Assembly (NCBI GenBank): GCA_030390025.1
Contig: CM059432.1
Location: forward strand, 3,534,001 to 3,598,000
Length of the DNA: 64,000 nucleotides
Direction: 5' to 3'
DNA from: Squalus acanthias
Lineage: Eukaryota
Every line of letters starts with the position of its first letter. The first letter of the stretch is position 1. The position numbers were made by a program, and so were the translations under genes. The notes under the pieces are model-generated. The model was not told where the DNA came from. It was given only the letters and a program-made list of their open reading frames with translations, and did not search any database. Positions 1 to 10,600 of the stretch are shown here, piece by piece.

Positions 1-1745
1 CAGGTGACCAAAAGCTTGGTCAAAGAGGTAGGTTTCAAGGAGCGTCTTAAAGGAGGAAAGAGAGGTAGCGAGGCGGAGAGGTTTAGGCTGGGAATTCCAG
101 AGCTTAGGGCCTAGGCAACAGAAGGCACGGACACCAATGGTTGTGCGATTACAATCAGGGATGCTCAAGAGGGCAGAATTAGGGGAGCGCAGATATCTCG
201 AGCGGTTGTGGGGCTGGAGGAGATTACAGAGATAGGAAGGGACGAGGCCATGGAGGGATTTGAAAGCAAGGATGAGAATTTTGAAATTGAGGTGCTGCTT
301 AACCGGGAGTCAATGTAGGTCAGCGAGCACAGGGATGATGGGCGAACGGGACTTGGTGCGAGTTAGGACACCAGCAGCCGAGTTTTGGATGATCTCAAGT
401 TTACGTAGGGTGGAATGTGGGAGGCCGGCCAGGAATGCGTTGGAATAGTCAATTCTAGAGGTAACAAAGGCATGGATGAGGGTTTCAGCAGCGGATGAGC
501 TGAGGCAAGGGCGGAGACGGGTGATTTTACGGAGGTGGAAGTAGGCGGTCTTTGTTATGCTGCGGATATGTGGTCGGAAGCTCATTTCAGGGTCAGATAT
601 GACATCAAGGTTGCGAACAGTCTGGTTCAGCCTCAGACAGATGTTAGGGAGAGGGATGGAGTCAGTGGCGAGGGAACGGAGTTTGTGGCGGGGACCGAAA
701 ACAATGGCTTCGGTTTTTCCAATATTTAATTGGAGAAAATCTTTGCTCATCCAGAGCTGGATGTCGGACAAGCAGTCTGACAATTTAGACACCGTGGAGG
801 GGTCGAGAGAAGTGGTGGTGAGGTAGAGCTGGGTGTCGTCAGCGTACATGTGGATTCTGACGCTGTGTTTTTGGATGGTGTCGCCAAGGGCCAACATGTA
901 GATGAGAAATAGGAGGTGGCCAAGGATAGATCCTTGGGGGACACCAGAATTAATGAATCGGGAGTGGGAAGAGAAGCCGTTGCAGGTGATTCTCTGGTTA
1001 CGATTAGATAGATAAGAATGGAACCAGGCAAGTGCAGTCCCACCCAGCTGGACGACGGTGGAGAGGTGTTGGAGGAGGATGGAGTGGTCAACCATGTCAA
1101 AGGCTGCAGACAAGTCAAGAAGGACGAGGAGGGATAGTTTACCTTTGTCACAGTCACAAATTATGTCATTTGTTACTTTGATGAGAGCCATTTCGGTACT
1201 GTGGCAAGGGCGGAAACCTGATTGGAGGGATTCAAACATGGAGTTGCGGGAAAGATGGGCACGGATTTGGGAGGCAACAACACATTCAAGGACTTTGGAG
1301 AGGAAGGGAGGTTGGAGATGGGGCGGTAGTTTGCAAGGACGGAGGGATCAAGGTTTGTTTTTTTGAGGAGAGGGGTGATGACGGCAGATTTGAGGGAGAG
1401 GGGGACAGGACCTGAGGAGAGAGAACCGTTAACAATATCAGCCAGAAAAGGAACTTGGGTGGTCAGCAGTTTGGTGGGAATAGGGTCCAGGGGGCAGGAG
1501 GTGGGTCTCATGGACAGGATGAGCGCAGAGAGGTCATGAAGGGAGATCGGAGAGAAACTGGAGAAAGATGTGAGTTCAGGGCTAGGGCAGGGGGGAACCT
1601 TAGAGGAAGTTTGGCCCAGTGGGCTAGGGGAAGGAAGGGAAGTGGCAGAGGCAGCTAAATGGATGGTCTCAATCTTAGAGACAAAGAAGTCCATGAGCTC
1701 CTCACACTTGTTATTGGAGGTGAGGGTGGAGGAGACAGGGGAGCG
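1..1745 (-). mobile_element. L2-clade LINE, 5'-truncated (ORF2 RT plus 3' region), frameshifted
   Basis: ORF 1173..1694 (SCPLDPIPT, NYRPISNLP) and ORF 310..1239 (QSGFR, LLDLSAAFD, GVPQGSILG, YADDTQLY, FVTSRIDY) join into an L2-type RT across a frameshift. Bases 1-310 match the other L2 3' ends in the window. Confidence 0.92.
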
Positions 1746-1804
1746 GGGTTAGCAAATGACCTACTCCTGCTCCTTTTTCTTATGTTCTTATGTTCTTCTT
1801 ATTT

Positions 1805-2030
1805 GAGAGCAAGAGCAGTGGAGTCCTCCCCTGTGTCCAAGCCAATGTTCATCACTAAAAATCAAATTAGCTCATCGCTGTTTGTGGGAGCTTGCTGTGC
1901 ACAAATTGGCTGCCGTGTTTCCTGCATTACAACAGTGACTACACTTCAGAAAAGTGCTTCATTGGCTGTGAAGCGCTTTGGGACATCGAGAGGTTGTGAA
2001 AGGCGCTATAGAAATGCAAGTTCCTCTTTT
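1805..2030 (+). mobile_element. Deu-type SINE, 3' fragment
   Basis: Matches the 3' half of the full copy at 35356-35825 (gggagcttgctgtgcacaaattggctg...aaaggcgctatagaaatgcaagt). Confidence 0.85.
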
Positions 2031-2130
2031 CAATGGACTTAAATAGTTTGAATATATTCTTGCTTTTATATACTTGATTTTATGACTGGTTAATAATTCT
2101 GGATGGAAATGTATTTTTTATAATCTTAAT

Positions 2131-2360
2131 GGGCCGGATCTTGCGACCCCCTTTTTCCAAAACTTAAATTTTTGTTTCAAATATTTAATTAAATGGCATT
2201 TTAATTAATTTTAAATATGTAATTAAAAAAAAATTATTTAATGTTTTATTGTGTTTTGAAATGTGATCCCCATTCATACTTTTGACAGTTCTGTGCATAT
2301 GGAACTGTCAAAAGTGTGAAGGGGGATTCCCTGCTTTGATTGGTTTCCCATGGCCCATGT
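2131..2360. mobile_element. Truncated MITE-like fragment related to 2734-3468
   Basis: Starts gggccggatctt; AT-rich core and tttgacagtt...aactgtcaaaa hairpin resemble the interior of the 2734-3468 element. Confidence 0.4.
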
Positions 2361-2575
2361 GCTCAATTATGATTGGATCGTGAAGAGTTGGACCAAGCAA
2401 TGGTAGTCCCACTGAGCTGGACAACAAAGGAAAGGCACTGAAGGAAGATGGAGTGATCGACCCTGTCAAAGGCTATAGAAAAAGAAAATACTGCAGATGC
2501 TGGAAATCTGAAATAAAAACAGAAAATCCTGGAGATACTCAGCAGGTCAGGCAACATCTGTGAAGAGAGAAACAG

Positions 2576-2612
2576 AGTTAACGTTTCAGGTCGATGACCT
2601 TTCGTCAGAACT
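2576..2612 (-). ncRNA. Minimal type I hammerhead ribozyme motif (PLE-associated)
   Basis: Minus strand reads AGUU-CUGACGA-A-AGGUC(AUC)GACCU-GAAA-CGUU-AACU: catalytic core, stem II, palindromic ACGU stem III, stem I AGUU/AACU. Confidence 0.8.
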
Positions 2613-2733
2613 GGAAAAAAGCAGGAAATGGAACAGATTTTTAAGCAAGTGTAGGAGCTGGGAAAGGGGGAGGGGATGAAAGAACAAAAGGGAAGGTCTG
2701 TGATAGGAAAGAAGGCAGGAGAGGTTAAGAGAC

Positions 2734-3468
2734 CATGGCCCGAAAATTAGACCTAATACGCGAGAGTACGCACTGTGTACTCTCGCGTTTTAGGTCTCCA
2801 ATTGCCGGTTTCCAGCATGCACTGCGCATGCGCGGGAAACCGGCACTTCGTGAATTCAAAAGGGGGCTGCGCGTGCGCGCTACAGGCTGCGCGCACGCAG
2901 TGCACTTAGTGCTTTGAACGCGCAGGTAAGCATGGAAGATTTTACACATAAAGAAAGGAGGCGTAAGACCCTCTTTTAACAAGGTAAGTAGTTAATTAAG
3001 TATTATTTTAAATTTTTTTCAACAGGTTTATCTTTTTTAGAGACTTTAAAGAAAGGTAAGTTAATTTTTATAACTTTTAAAAAGATTTTAAATTTTTTCA
3101 AAAATTTAATTTTTTGTTTAAAGTGGTTAATTTATTTAACTATACTTATTTTATTAATGTGATGGCTTTTAAAAAAAAATTAATTGAGGTTTAGATGTTC
3201 TTTTGGGGGGTATAGTATTCATAGCTTTGACAGCTCTTGCTGTGAAAACTATGAATGAAAGATGGTGTGCTGCCATTGGCTCTAACTGAATCACGTGATC
3301 CCAGAGCTCGCACGAACTAATTGCGTTTCTGGGTCACGCAAGCTCTGCACAGCTGCAGCCTTGAAACTAAAGTTCGTGTGGGCCCGGAGGAAAAAGGTAG
3401 GCGCGGAGTGAGATATCGCGGGGAAGCCTTACCCCCGCGTGAAGACTCAGTTTTTAATTTCTGGGCCA
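2734..3468. mobile_element. Non-autonomous DNA transposon (MITE), Harbinger-like ends, inserted in the PLE 3' region
   Basis: Ends TGGCCCGAAAATT / AATTTCTGGGCCA form an imperfect TIR. Subterminal CpG-rich hairpins, AT-rich core, and TTAAGAGAC on both flanks. Confidence 0.7.
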
Positions 3469-3641
3469 TTAAGAGACATAAAGAGATATTCAAGGCAAAA
3501 GGAGATGGTAATGGGACAGGTTAAGAAACAAAAGATGGCTTTGGATGAAGTGTAAATTGCGCTGGCAGAATGGGAGAGAAGAAAAGAAAACATAATCAAA
3601 AAAAAAGTGTGGAAAAAAAATATATGTGATAGGGGCCGAGG

Positions 3642-5294
3642 TTATGATCTGAAATTGTTGAACTCTATGTTGAGTCCAGAAGGCTGTAAAGTGCCTAATC
3701 GAAAGATGAGGTGCTGTTCCTCGAGCTTACGTTGAGCTTCAGTGGAACAATGCAAGAGGCCGAGGATGGTGAGGTCAGAGTGGGAGTGGAGCGGAGAATT
3801 AAAGTGACAGGTGACTGGAAGCTCGGGGTCCCCCTTACGGACTGAACGGAGGTGTTCCGCAAAGCGGGCACCCAATCTGCGTTTGGTCTCCTCAATGTAG
3901 AGGAGACCACATCGTGAGCAGCGAATACAGTATACTAAATTGCAAGAAGTACAAGTAAATCGCTGTTTCACCTGGAAGGAGTGTTTGGGGCCCTGGACAG
4001 TGGGAAGGGAGGAGGTAAAAGGGCAGGTGTTGCATCTCCTGCGCTTGCACGGGAAGGTGCTGGGCAAAGGGGAAGGGGTGTTGGGGGCGATAGAGGAGTG
4101 GACCAAGGTGTCGGGGAGGGAGCGGTCCCTTCGGAATGCTGAAAGCGGAGGCGAGGGGAAGGTGGTGAGATCACGCGGGAGGTGACGGAGATGGCGGAGG
4201 ATGATCCGTTGAATGTGGAGGCTGGTGGGGTGAAAGGTGAGGACAAGGGGAACACTATCATGGTTCCGGGAGGGAGGGGCAGGGGTGAGGGCAGAAGTGC
4301 GGGAGATAGAACGGACACGGTCAAGGGCTGTGTCAACCACAGAAGAGGGGAATCCTCGGTTGAGGAAAAAGGAAGACATGTTGGAAGCACTGGTATGGAA
4401 GGTGGCATCGTCAGAGCAGATGCGGCGGAGACGGAGAAACTGGGAGAATGGAATAGAGTCCTTACAGGAAGCGGGATGGGAGGAAGTGTAGTCCAGGTAG
4501 CTGTGGGAGTCAGTGGGCTTGTAGTGAATGTTAGTCAATAACCTATCCCCAGAGATGGAGACGGAGAAGTCCAGGAAGGGAAGCGAAAAGTCGGAGATGG
4601 ACCATGTGAAGGTGAAGGAAGGGTGGAAATTGGAAGCAAAGTGAATGAAATTTTCTAGTTCAGGGCGAGAGCAGGAGACGGCACTGATACAGTCATCAAT
4701 GTACTGGAAAAAGAGGTGAGGGAGGGGACCTGAGCAGGACTGGAACAAGTAATGTTTCACATATCCCACGAAAAGGCAGGCATAGCTAGGACCCATGCGG
4801 GTTCCCATAGCAACACCTTTGATTTGGAGGAAGTGAGTGGAGTCAAAGGAGAAGTTGTTCAATGTGAGAACATGTTCAGCCAGGCGGAGGAGGGTGGTGG
4901 TGGTGGATGGGGACTGGTTGGGCCTCTGTTCAAGGAAGAAGCGGAGCGCCCTCAGGCCATCCTGGTGGGGGATGGAGGTGTAGAGGGATTGGACGTCCAT
5001 AGTGAAAAGGAGACGGTTGGGGCCAGGAAACTGGAAACTGTTAAAGTGGCGGAGGGCGTCGGAACAGTCGCGGATGTAGGTGGGAAGAGACTGGACAAGG
5101 GGAGAAAAAATAGAGTCGAGATTGGAAGAGATAAGTTCCGTGGGGCAAGAACAGGCTGAAACGATGGGTCTACTAGGGCAGTCCTGTTTGTGGATCTTGG
5201 GAAGGAGGTAGAAGCGGGCTGTGCGGGGTTGGGGAACTAAGAGGTTGGCGGCCATGGGGGAGAAGATCTCCAGAGGAGATGAGATCAGTGACAA
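3642..5294 (-). CDS. PLE reverse transcriptase plus GIY-YIG endonuclease (partial, probably defective; Neptune-like Cys linker)
   Basis: 550-aa open frame with FYLLPKIHK, RPIVS, DVQSLYTSIP, GVAMGT, YIDD, FLD, YKPTD, CKRRRCNTC linker, NLVYCIRC..LYIEET..RFAEH and GLN. YIGET reads YIEET here. Confidence 0.9.
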   Translation of the reverse strand: MSLISSPLEIFSPMAANLLVPQPRTARFYLLPKIHKQDCPSRPIVSACSCPTELISSNLDSIFSPLVQSLPTYIRDCSDALRHFNSFQFPGPNRLLFTMDVQSLYTSIPHQDGLRALRFFLEQRPNQSPSTTTTLLRLAEHVLTLNNFSFDSTHFLQIKGVAMGTRMGPSYACLFVGYVKHYLFQSCSGPLPHLFFQYIDDCISAVSCSRPELENFIHFASNFHPSFTFTWSISDFSLPFLDFSVSISGDRLLTNIHYKPTDSHSYLDYTSSHPASCKDSIPFSQFLRLRRICSDDATFHTSASNMSSFFLNRGFPSSVVDTALDRVRSISRTSALTPAPPSRNHDSVPLVLTFHPTSLHIQRIILRHLRHLPRDLTTFPSPPLSAFRRDRSLPDTLVHSSIAPNTPSPLPSTFPCKRRRCNTCPFTSSLPTVQGPKHSFQVKQRFTCTSCNLVYCIRCSRCGLLYIEETKRRLGARFAEHLRSVRKGDPELPVTCHFNSPLHSHSDLTILGLLHCSTEAQRKLEEQHLIFRLGTLQPSGLNIEFNNFRS

Positions 5295-5616
5295 AGGCTA
5301 TAGAGGTCGAGAAGGACAAGGAGGGACAGTGCACCATGCACCGAAGATGTCATTTGTGACTTTGATTAAGGCCATTTCAGTGCCCTGGCAGGCACGGAAA
5401 CCCGATTGGAGAGACTCAAACATGACGTTGTGAGAAAGATGAGCATGCGCTTTGTGATGTTTTCTCTGAAGATGCTATATAAATTTAAATTGCTGTGTTG
5501 ACAAAGGCATAATTAATTATACCTGGGCCTCTGCGCATTTCAAAGAGGAAAGGAACAGGATCGCAAGCCTCGGGATCTACGGGACCAGCAGGTAAGTTCG
5601 TAGATTTTTTCCCCCG

Positions 5617-5978
5617 ACGTAGTAAAACGTCCCCAGGCGCTTCACAGGAGCGATTATCGAACAAAATTTGTCACCGAGCCACATAAGGAGATTTCAGGGC
5701 AGAAGCTTGGTCAAAGTGGTGGGTTTTAAGGAGCATCTTAAAGGAGGGAAGAGAGGCGGAGAGACAGAGAGGTTTCGGGAGGGAATTCCAGAGTTTAGGG
5801 CCCAGGCAGCTGAAGGCACGGCCGCCAATGGTGGAGCGATGGAAATCGGGGGATGCTCAAGAGGCCGGAATTGGAGGAGCGCAGAGATCTCAGAGGGTTG
5901 TGGGGCTGGAGGAGGTTACAGAGATAGGGAGGGAGGCGAGGCTGTGGAGGGATTTGAAAACAAGGATGAGAATTTTGT
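5617..5978 (-). mobile_element. L2 3' end containing a single, unexpanded copy of the satellite unit (5893-5933)
   Basis: Colinear with 1-290. Reverse complement reads ccctccctatctctgtaacctcctccagccccacaaccctctgagatctctgc. Confidence 0.9.
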
Positions 5979-6849
5979 CACTGACACCTTTTTCAACTGA
6001 GCACTGGGAGAGATGTAAACCACCCATTTCAGATGTGAATTTATTCATCGAGTTGGACATATCTGGGCTGTTTCCAGGTCAGCTAGAGGAGCCATTATAC
6101 AATGATTAGAGGCTGTGGACTCTTGCGATTTAAAACATGGCAAGAGATTATATTCTTCCTATACTTTGTTCACTGGGCCAAATAGGAGCTGAATTGTCAG
6201 AAACAATTATGAGGATTTGGCTCCTGTTTACTGTGAAAAACATGGCAAATTGAGACTCTTTGCAAATGCTTATGTTCCCTCCAGGAGACACAATGACCGT
6301 CTCTGCAATTGGATTTGCAGTGGTTAATTAACAAGGCTGATCGATGGAAGCGTATGTTAGAATTTATATCAAAAGAGGTAGCAATATTAGTCCTAAAGCA
6401 TTTAAGCATTAGTAATGGCAAGCTGACGAGAACGGGCAGCGAGAATGTACTTTGATGAAGCAATGGAAAGCTTGTTCCTTTCAATTATTTTCGTGTCTCT
6501 CATAAATCTAACGATTAGCGGGTAACTCTTACATTTCATGGCTCCAACCTTAGTTCCTTCGTAATCTATGGACATTTTTGGTCTCAGTGTCTCCTCTGGC
6601 CTCAATTCAATTCCCACATCGCCACCTGCAAAATATTTGGCTTCCTCCTTTGTGGCAAACATTTGTATCCCCCCCGTCATCCCCACCGGCACGGACTCGA
6701 TGGGCCGAATGGCCTCCTTCTGTGGCGTCATGACTCTATGACTCATCGGTCCTTAACTATATATAAAATCCAAGATCATCCAAGACTTAAATGTTGCTCC
6801 CATATCTGGGGGAGCCATCCCAATACAAAGGGGTGGAAGTTAGGCTGCA

Positions 6850-7425
6850 GCTGTATAAAGCTCTGGTTAGACCGCACCTGGAGTGACTGGGTTCAGTTCT
6901 GGGCCCCACACCTCAGGAAGGAGATATTGGCCTCGGAGGGGGAGCAGCGCAGATTCACCAGAATGATAACAGGGCTCAAAGGGTTAAATTATGAGCACAG
7001 GTTGCACAGACTAGAACTTGTATTCCTTGATTATAGATGATTAAGGGGTGCTCTAATTGAGGTGTTTAAGATGATTAGAGGAGTTGATGGAGAGAAACTA
7101 TTTCCTCTGGTGGGGGGGAGTCCAGAACAAGGGGAGCATAACCTTAACATTAGAGCCAGGCCGTTCAGGGGTGATGTCAGGAAGCACTTCTTCACGCACA
7201 GGGTAGCAGAAATCTGGAACTCTCTCCCCCGAAAAAGCTGTTGAGGCTGGGGGTCAATTGAAAATGTCAAAACTGAGATTGATAGATTTTTGTTGGGCGA
7301 GGAGTATTAAGGGTTACGGAACCAAGGCGGGTAGATGGAGTTAAGATACAGATCAGCCATGATCTCATTGAATGGCGGAACAGGCTCGAGGGGCTGAATG
7401 TTCTTCTCCTGTTCCGATGTTCTGA
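6850..7425 (+). mobile_element. CR1 LINE 3' end
   Basis: VQFWAPHLRK..QRRFTRMI, RKHFFTHRV..WNSLP; tail gatcagccatgatctcattgaatggcgg...ctcctgttcc. Confidence 0.88.
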
Positions 7426-7651
7426 ATTTCTGGTCAGGCTGCCAGAAAATACTCACTGACTGATTGGAAATCCTTTTTCAAGCATCCAGAGTCTCTCTCT
7501 GCCACAACCTTTCTTGTCTATTTTATCAGTATGGTCAGTCTTCCTCTGAATTTTTCCCTTTGTTCCTTCTAGCTTTGCAGCTAACATATCATCTACATGT
7601 TTTTGCAGGGCTATGGGGAAAGAGGCACGAATTGGAGAGCTCTTTCAAAGA

Positions 7652-10600
7652 AACCTCCTCCAGCCCTACAATCCTCCCTCTCTCTGTAACCTCCTCCAGC
7701 CCTACAACCCTCCCTATCACAGTAACCTCATCCAGCCCCAACAACCCTCCCTCTCTCTGCAACCTCCTCCAGCCCCTACAACCCCCCTTATCTCTGTAAC
7801 CTCCTCCAGCCCCTACAACCCTCCCCATCTCTGTAACCTCCTCCAGCCCTACAACCATCCCTATCACTGTAACCTCATCCAGCCCCAACAACCCTCCCTC
7901 TCTCTGTAACCTCCTCCAGCCCCTACAACCCTCCTTATCTCTGTAACCTCCTCCAGCCCCTACAACCCTCCCCATCTCTGTAACCTTCTCCAGCCCCAAC
8001 AACCCTCCCTCTCTCTGTAACCTCCTCCAGCCCTACAACCCTCCTTATCTCTGTAACCTCCTCCAGCCCTACAACCCTCCCTCTCTCTGTAACCTCCTCC
8101 AGCCCTACAACCCTCTCCATCTCTGTAACCTCCTCCAGCCCAACAACCCTCCCTCTCTCTGTAACCTCCTTCAGCCCTACAACCCTCCCCATCTCTAACT
8201 TCCACCAGCCCCTACAACCCTCCCTATCTCGGTAACTTCCTCCAGCCTACAACCCTCCCTATCTCTGTAACCTCCTCCAGCCCCTACAACCCTCTCCATC
8301 TCTGTAACCTCCTCCAGCCCTACAACCTTCCCTCTCTCTGTAACCTCCTCCAGCCCTACAACCCTCCCTTATCTCTGTAACCTCCTCCAGCCCCTACAAC
8401 CCTCCCCATCTCTGTAACTTCCTCCAGCCCCTACAACCCTCCCTATCTCTGTAACCTCCTCCAGCCCTACAACCCTCCCTTATCTCTGTGACCCCCTCCG
8501 GCCCTACAACCCTCCCTTATCTCTGTAACCTCTTCAAGTCCTACAACCCTCCCTATCGCTGTAACCTCCTCCAGCCCTACAACCCTCCCTATCTCTGTAA
8601 CTTCATCCAGCCCCTACAAGCCTCCCTATCTCTCTAACCTCCTCCAGCCCTACAACCCTCCCTCTCTCTCTGTAACCTCCTCCAGCCCTACAACGCTCCC
8701 CATCTCTAACTTCCTCAAGCCCCTACAAACCTTCCTATCTCTGTAACCTCCTCCAGCCCTACAACCGTCCCTATCTCTGTAACCTCCTCCAGCCAAAAAC
8801 CCTCCCTATCTCTATAACCTCCTCCAGCTCTACAACCCTCTTCATCTCTGTAACCTCCTCCAACCTACAACCCTCCCTATCTTTGTAACCACTTCCAGCC
8901 CTACAACCCTCCCTATTTCTGTAACCTCCACCAGCCCTACAACCCTCCCTCTCTCTCTAACCTCCTCCAGCCTACAACCCTCCCTATCTCTGTAACCTCC
9001 TCCAGCCCTACAACCCTCCCTATCTCTGTAGCCTCCTCCAGCCCCTACAACCCTCTCCATCTCTGTAACCTCCTCCAGCCCTACAAGCCTCTCCATCTTG
9101 GTAACCTCCGTCAGCCCTACAACCCTCGCTATCTCTGTAACCTCCTCCAGCCCCTACAACCCTCTCCATCTCTGTAACCTCCTCCAGCCCTACAACCCTC
9201 TCCATCTTGGTAACCTCCGTCAGCCCTACAACCCTCCCTATCTCTGTAACCTCCTCCAGCCCCTACAACCCTCCCTATCTCGGTAACCTCCTCCAGCCTA
9301 CAACCCTCCCTATCTCTGTAACCTCCTCCAGCCCAACAACCCTCCCTCTCTCTGTAACCTCCTCCAGCCCTACAATCCTCCCTCTCTCTGTAACCTCCTC
9401 CAGCCCTACAACCCTCTCCATCTCTGTAACCTCCTCCAGCCCAACAACCCTCCCTCTCTCTGTAACCTCCTCCAGCCCCTACAACCCTCCCTATCTCGGT
9501 AACTTCCTCCAGCCTACAACCCTCCCCATCTCTGTAACCTCCTCCAGCCCAACAACCCTCCCTCTCTCTGTAACCTCCTCCAGCCCTACAATCCTCCCTC
9601 TCTCTGTAACCTCCTCCAGCCCCTACAACCCTCTCCATCTCTGTAACCTCCTCCAGCCCTACAACCTTCCCTCTCTCTGTAACCTCCTCCAGCCCTACAA
9701 CCCTCCCTTATCTCTGTAACCTCCTCCAGCCCCTACAACCCTCCCCATCTCTGTAACTTCCTCCAGCCCCTACAACCCTCCCTATCTCTGTAACCTCCTC
9801 CAGCCCTACAACCCTCCCTTATCTCTGTGACCCCCTCCGGCCCTACAACCCTCCCTTATCTCTGTAACCTCTTCCAGTCCTACAACCCTCCCTATCGCTG
9901 TAACCTCCTCCAGCCCTACAACCCTCCCTATCTCTGTAACCTCATCCAGCCCCTACAAGCCTCCCTATCTCTGTAAGCTCCTCCAGCCCTACAACCCTCG
10001 CTATCTCTGTAACCTCCTCCAGCCCCTACAACCCTCCCTATCTCTGTAACCTCCTCCAGCCCTACAACCCTCCCTATCTCTGTAACCTCCTCCAGCCCCT
10101 ACAACCCTCTCCATCTCTGTAACCTCCTCCAGCCCTACAACCCTCTCCAGCTTGGTAACCTCCGTCAGCCCTACAACCTTCCCTATCTCTGTAACCTCCT
10201 CCAGCCCCTACAACCCTCCGTATCTCGGTAACCTCCTCCAGCCTACAACCCTCCCTATCTCTGTAACCTCCTCCAGCCCTACAAACCCCCCTGAACTCTG
10301 TGACCTCCTCCGGCCCTACAACTCTCCCTATCTCTGTAACCTCCTCCAGCCCGACAACCTTCCCTATCTCTGTAACCTTCTCCAGCCCCTACATCCCTCC
10401 CTATCTCTGCAACCTCCTCCAGCCCTACAACTCTCCCTATCTCTGTAATCTCCTCCAGCCCTACCACCCTCGCTATCTCTGTAACTTCCTCCAGCCCTAC
10501 AACCCTCCCTATCTCTGTAACCTCCTCCAGCCCTACAACTCTCCCTATCTGTGTAACATCCTCCAGCCCTACAACCCTCCCTCTCTCTCTAACCTCCTCC

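Larger units (their letters stand above)
2480..5291 (-). mobile_element. Penelope-like retroelement (PLE), 5'-truncated, with 13-bp TSD
   Basis: CAAAGGCTATAGA is duplicated at 2467-2479 and 5292-5304. The element contains an RT+GIY-YIG ORF and a 3' region with a hammerhead motif. Confidence 0.92.
2363..5445 (-). mobile_element. L2 RT fragment (2363-2479 plus 5292-5445) split by the Penelope insertion
   Basis: Both pieces align colinearly with the L2 at ~1010-1260 (gtcaaaggct...agaaggac.aggaggga...gattggag.ga.tcaaacatg). Confidence 0.85.
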
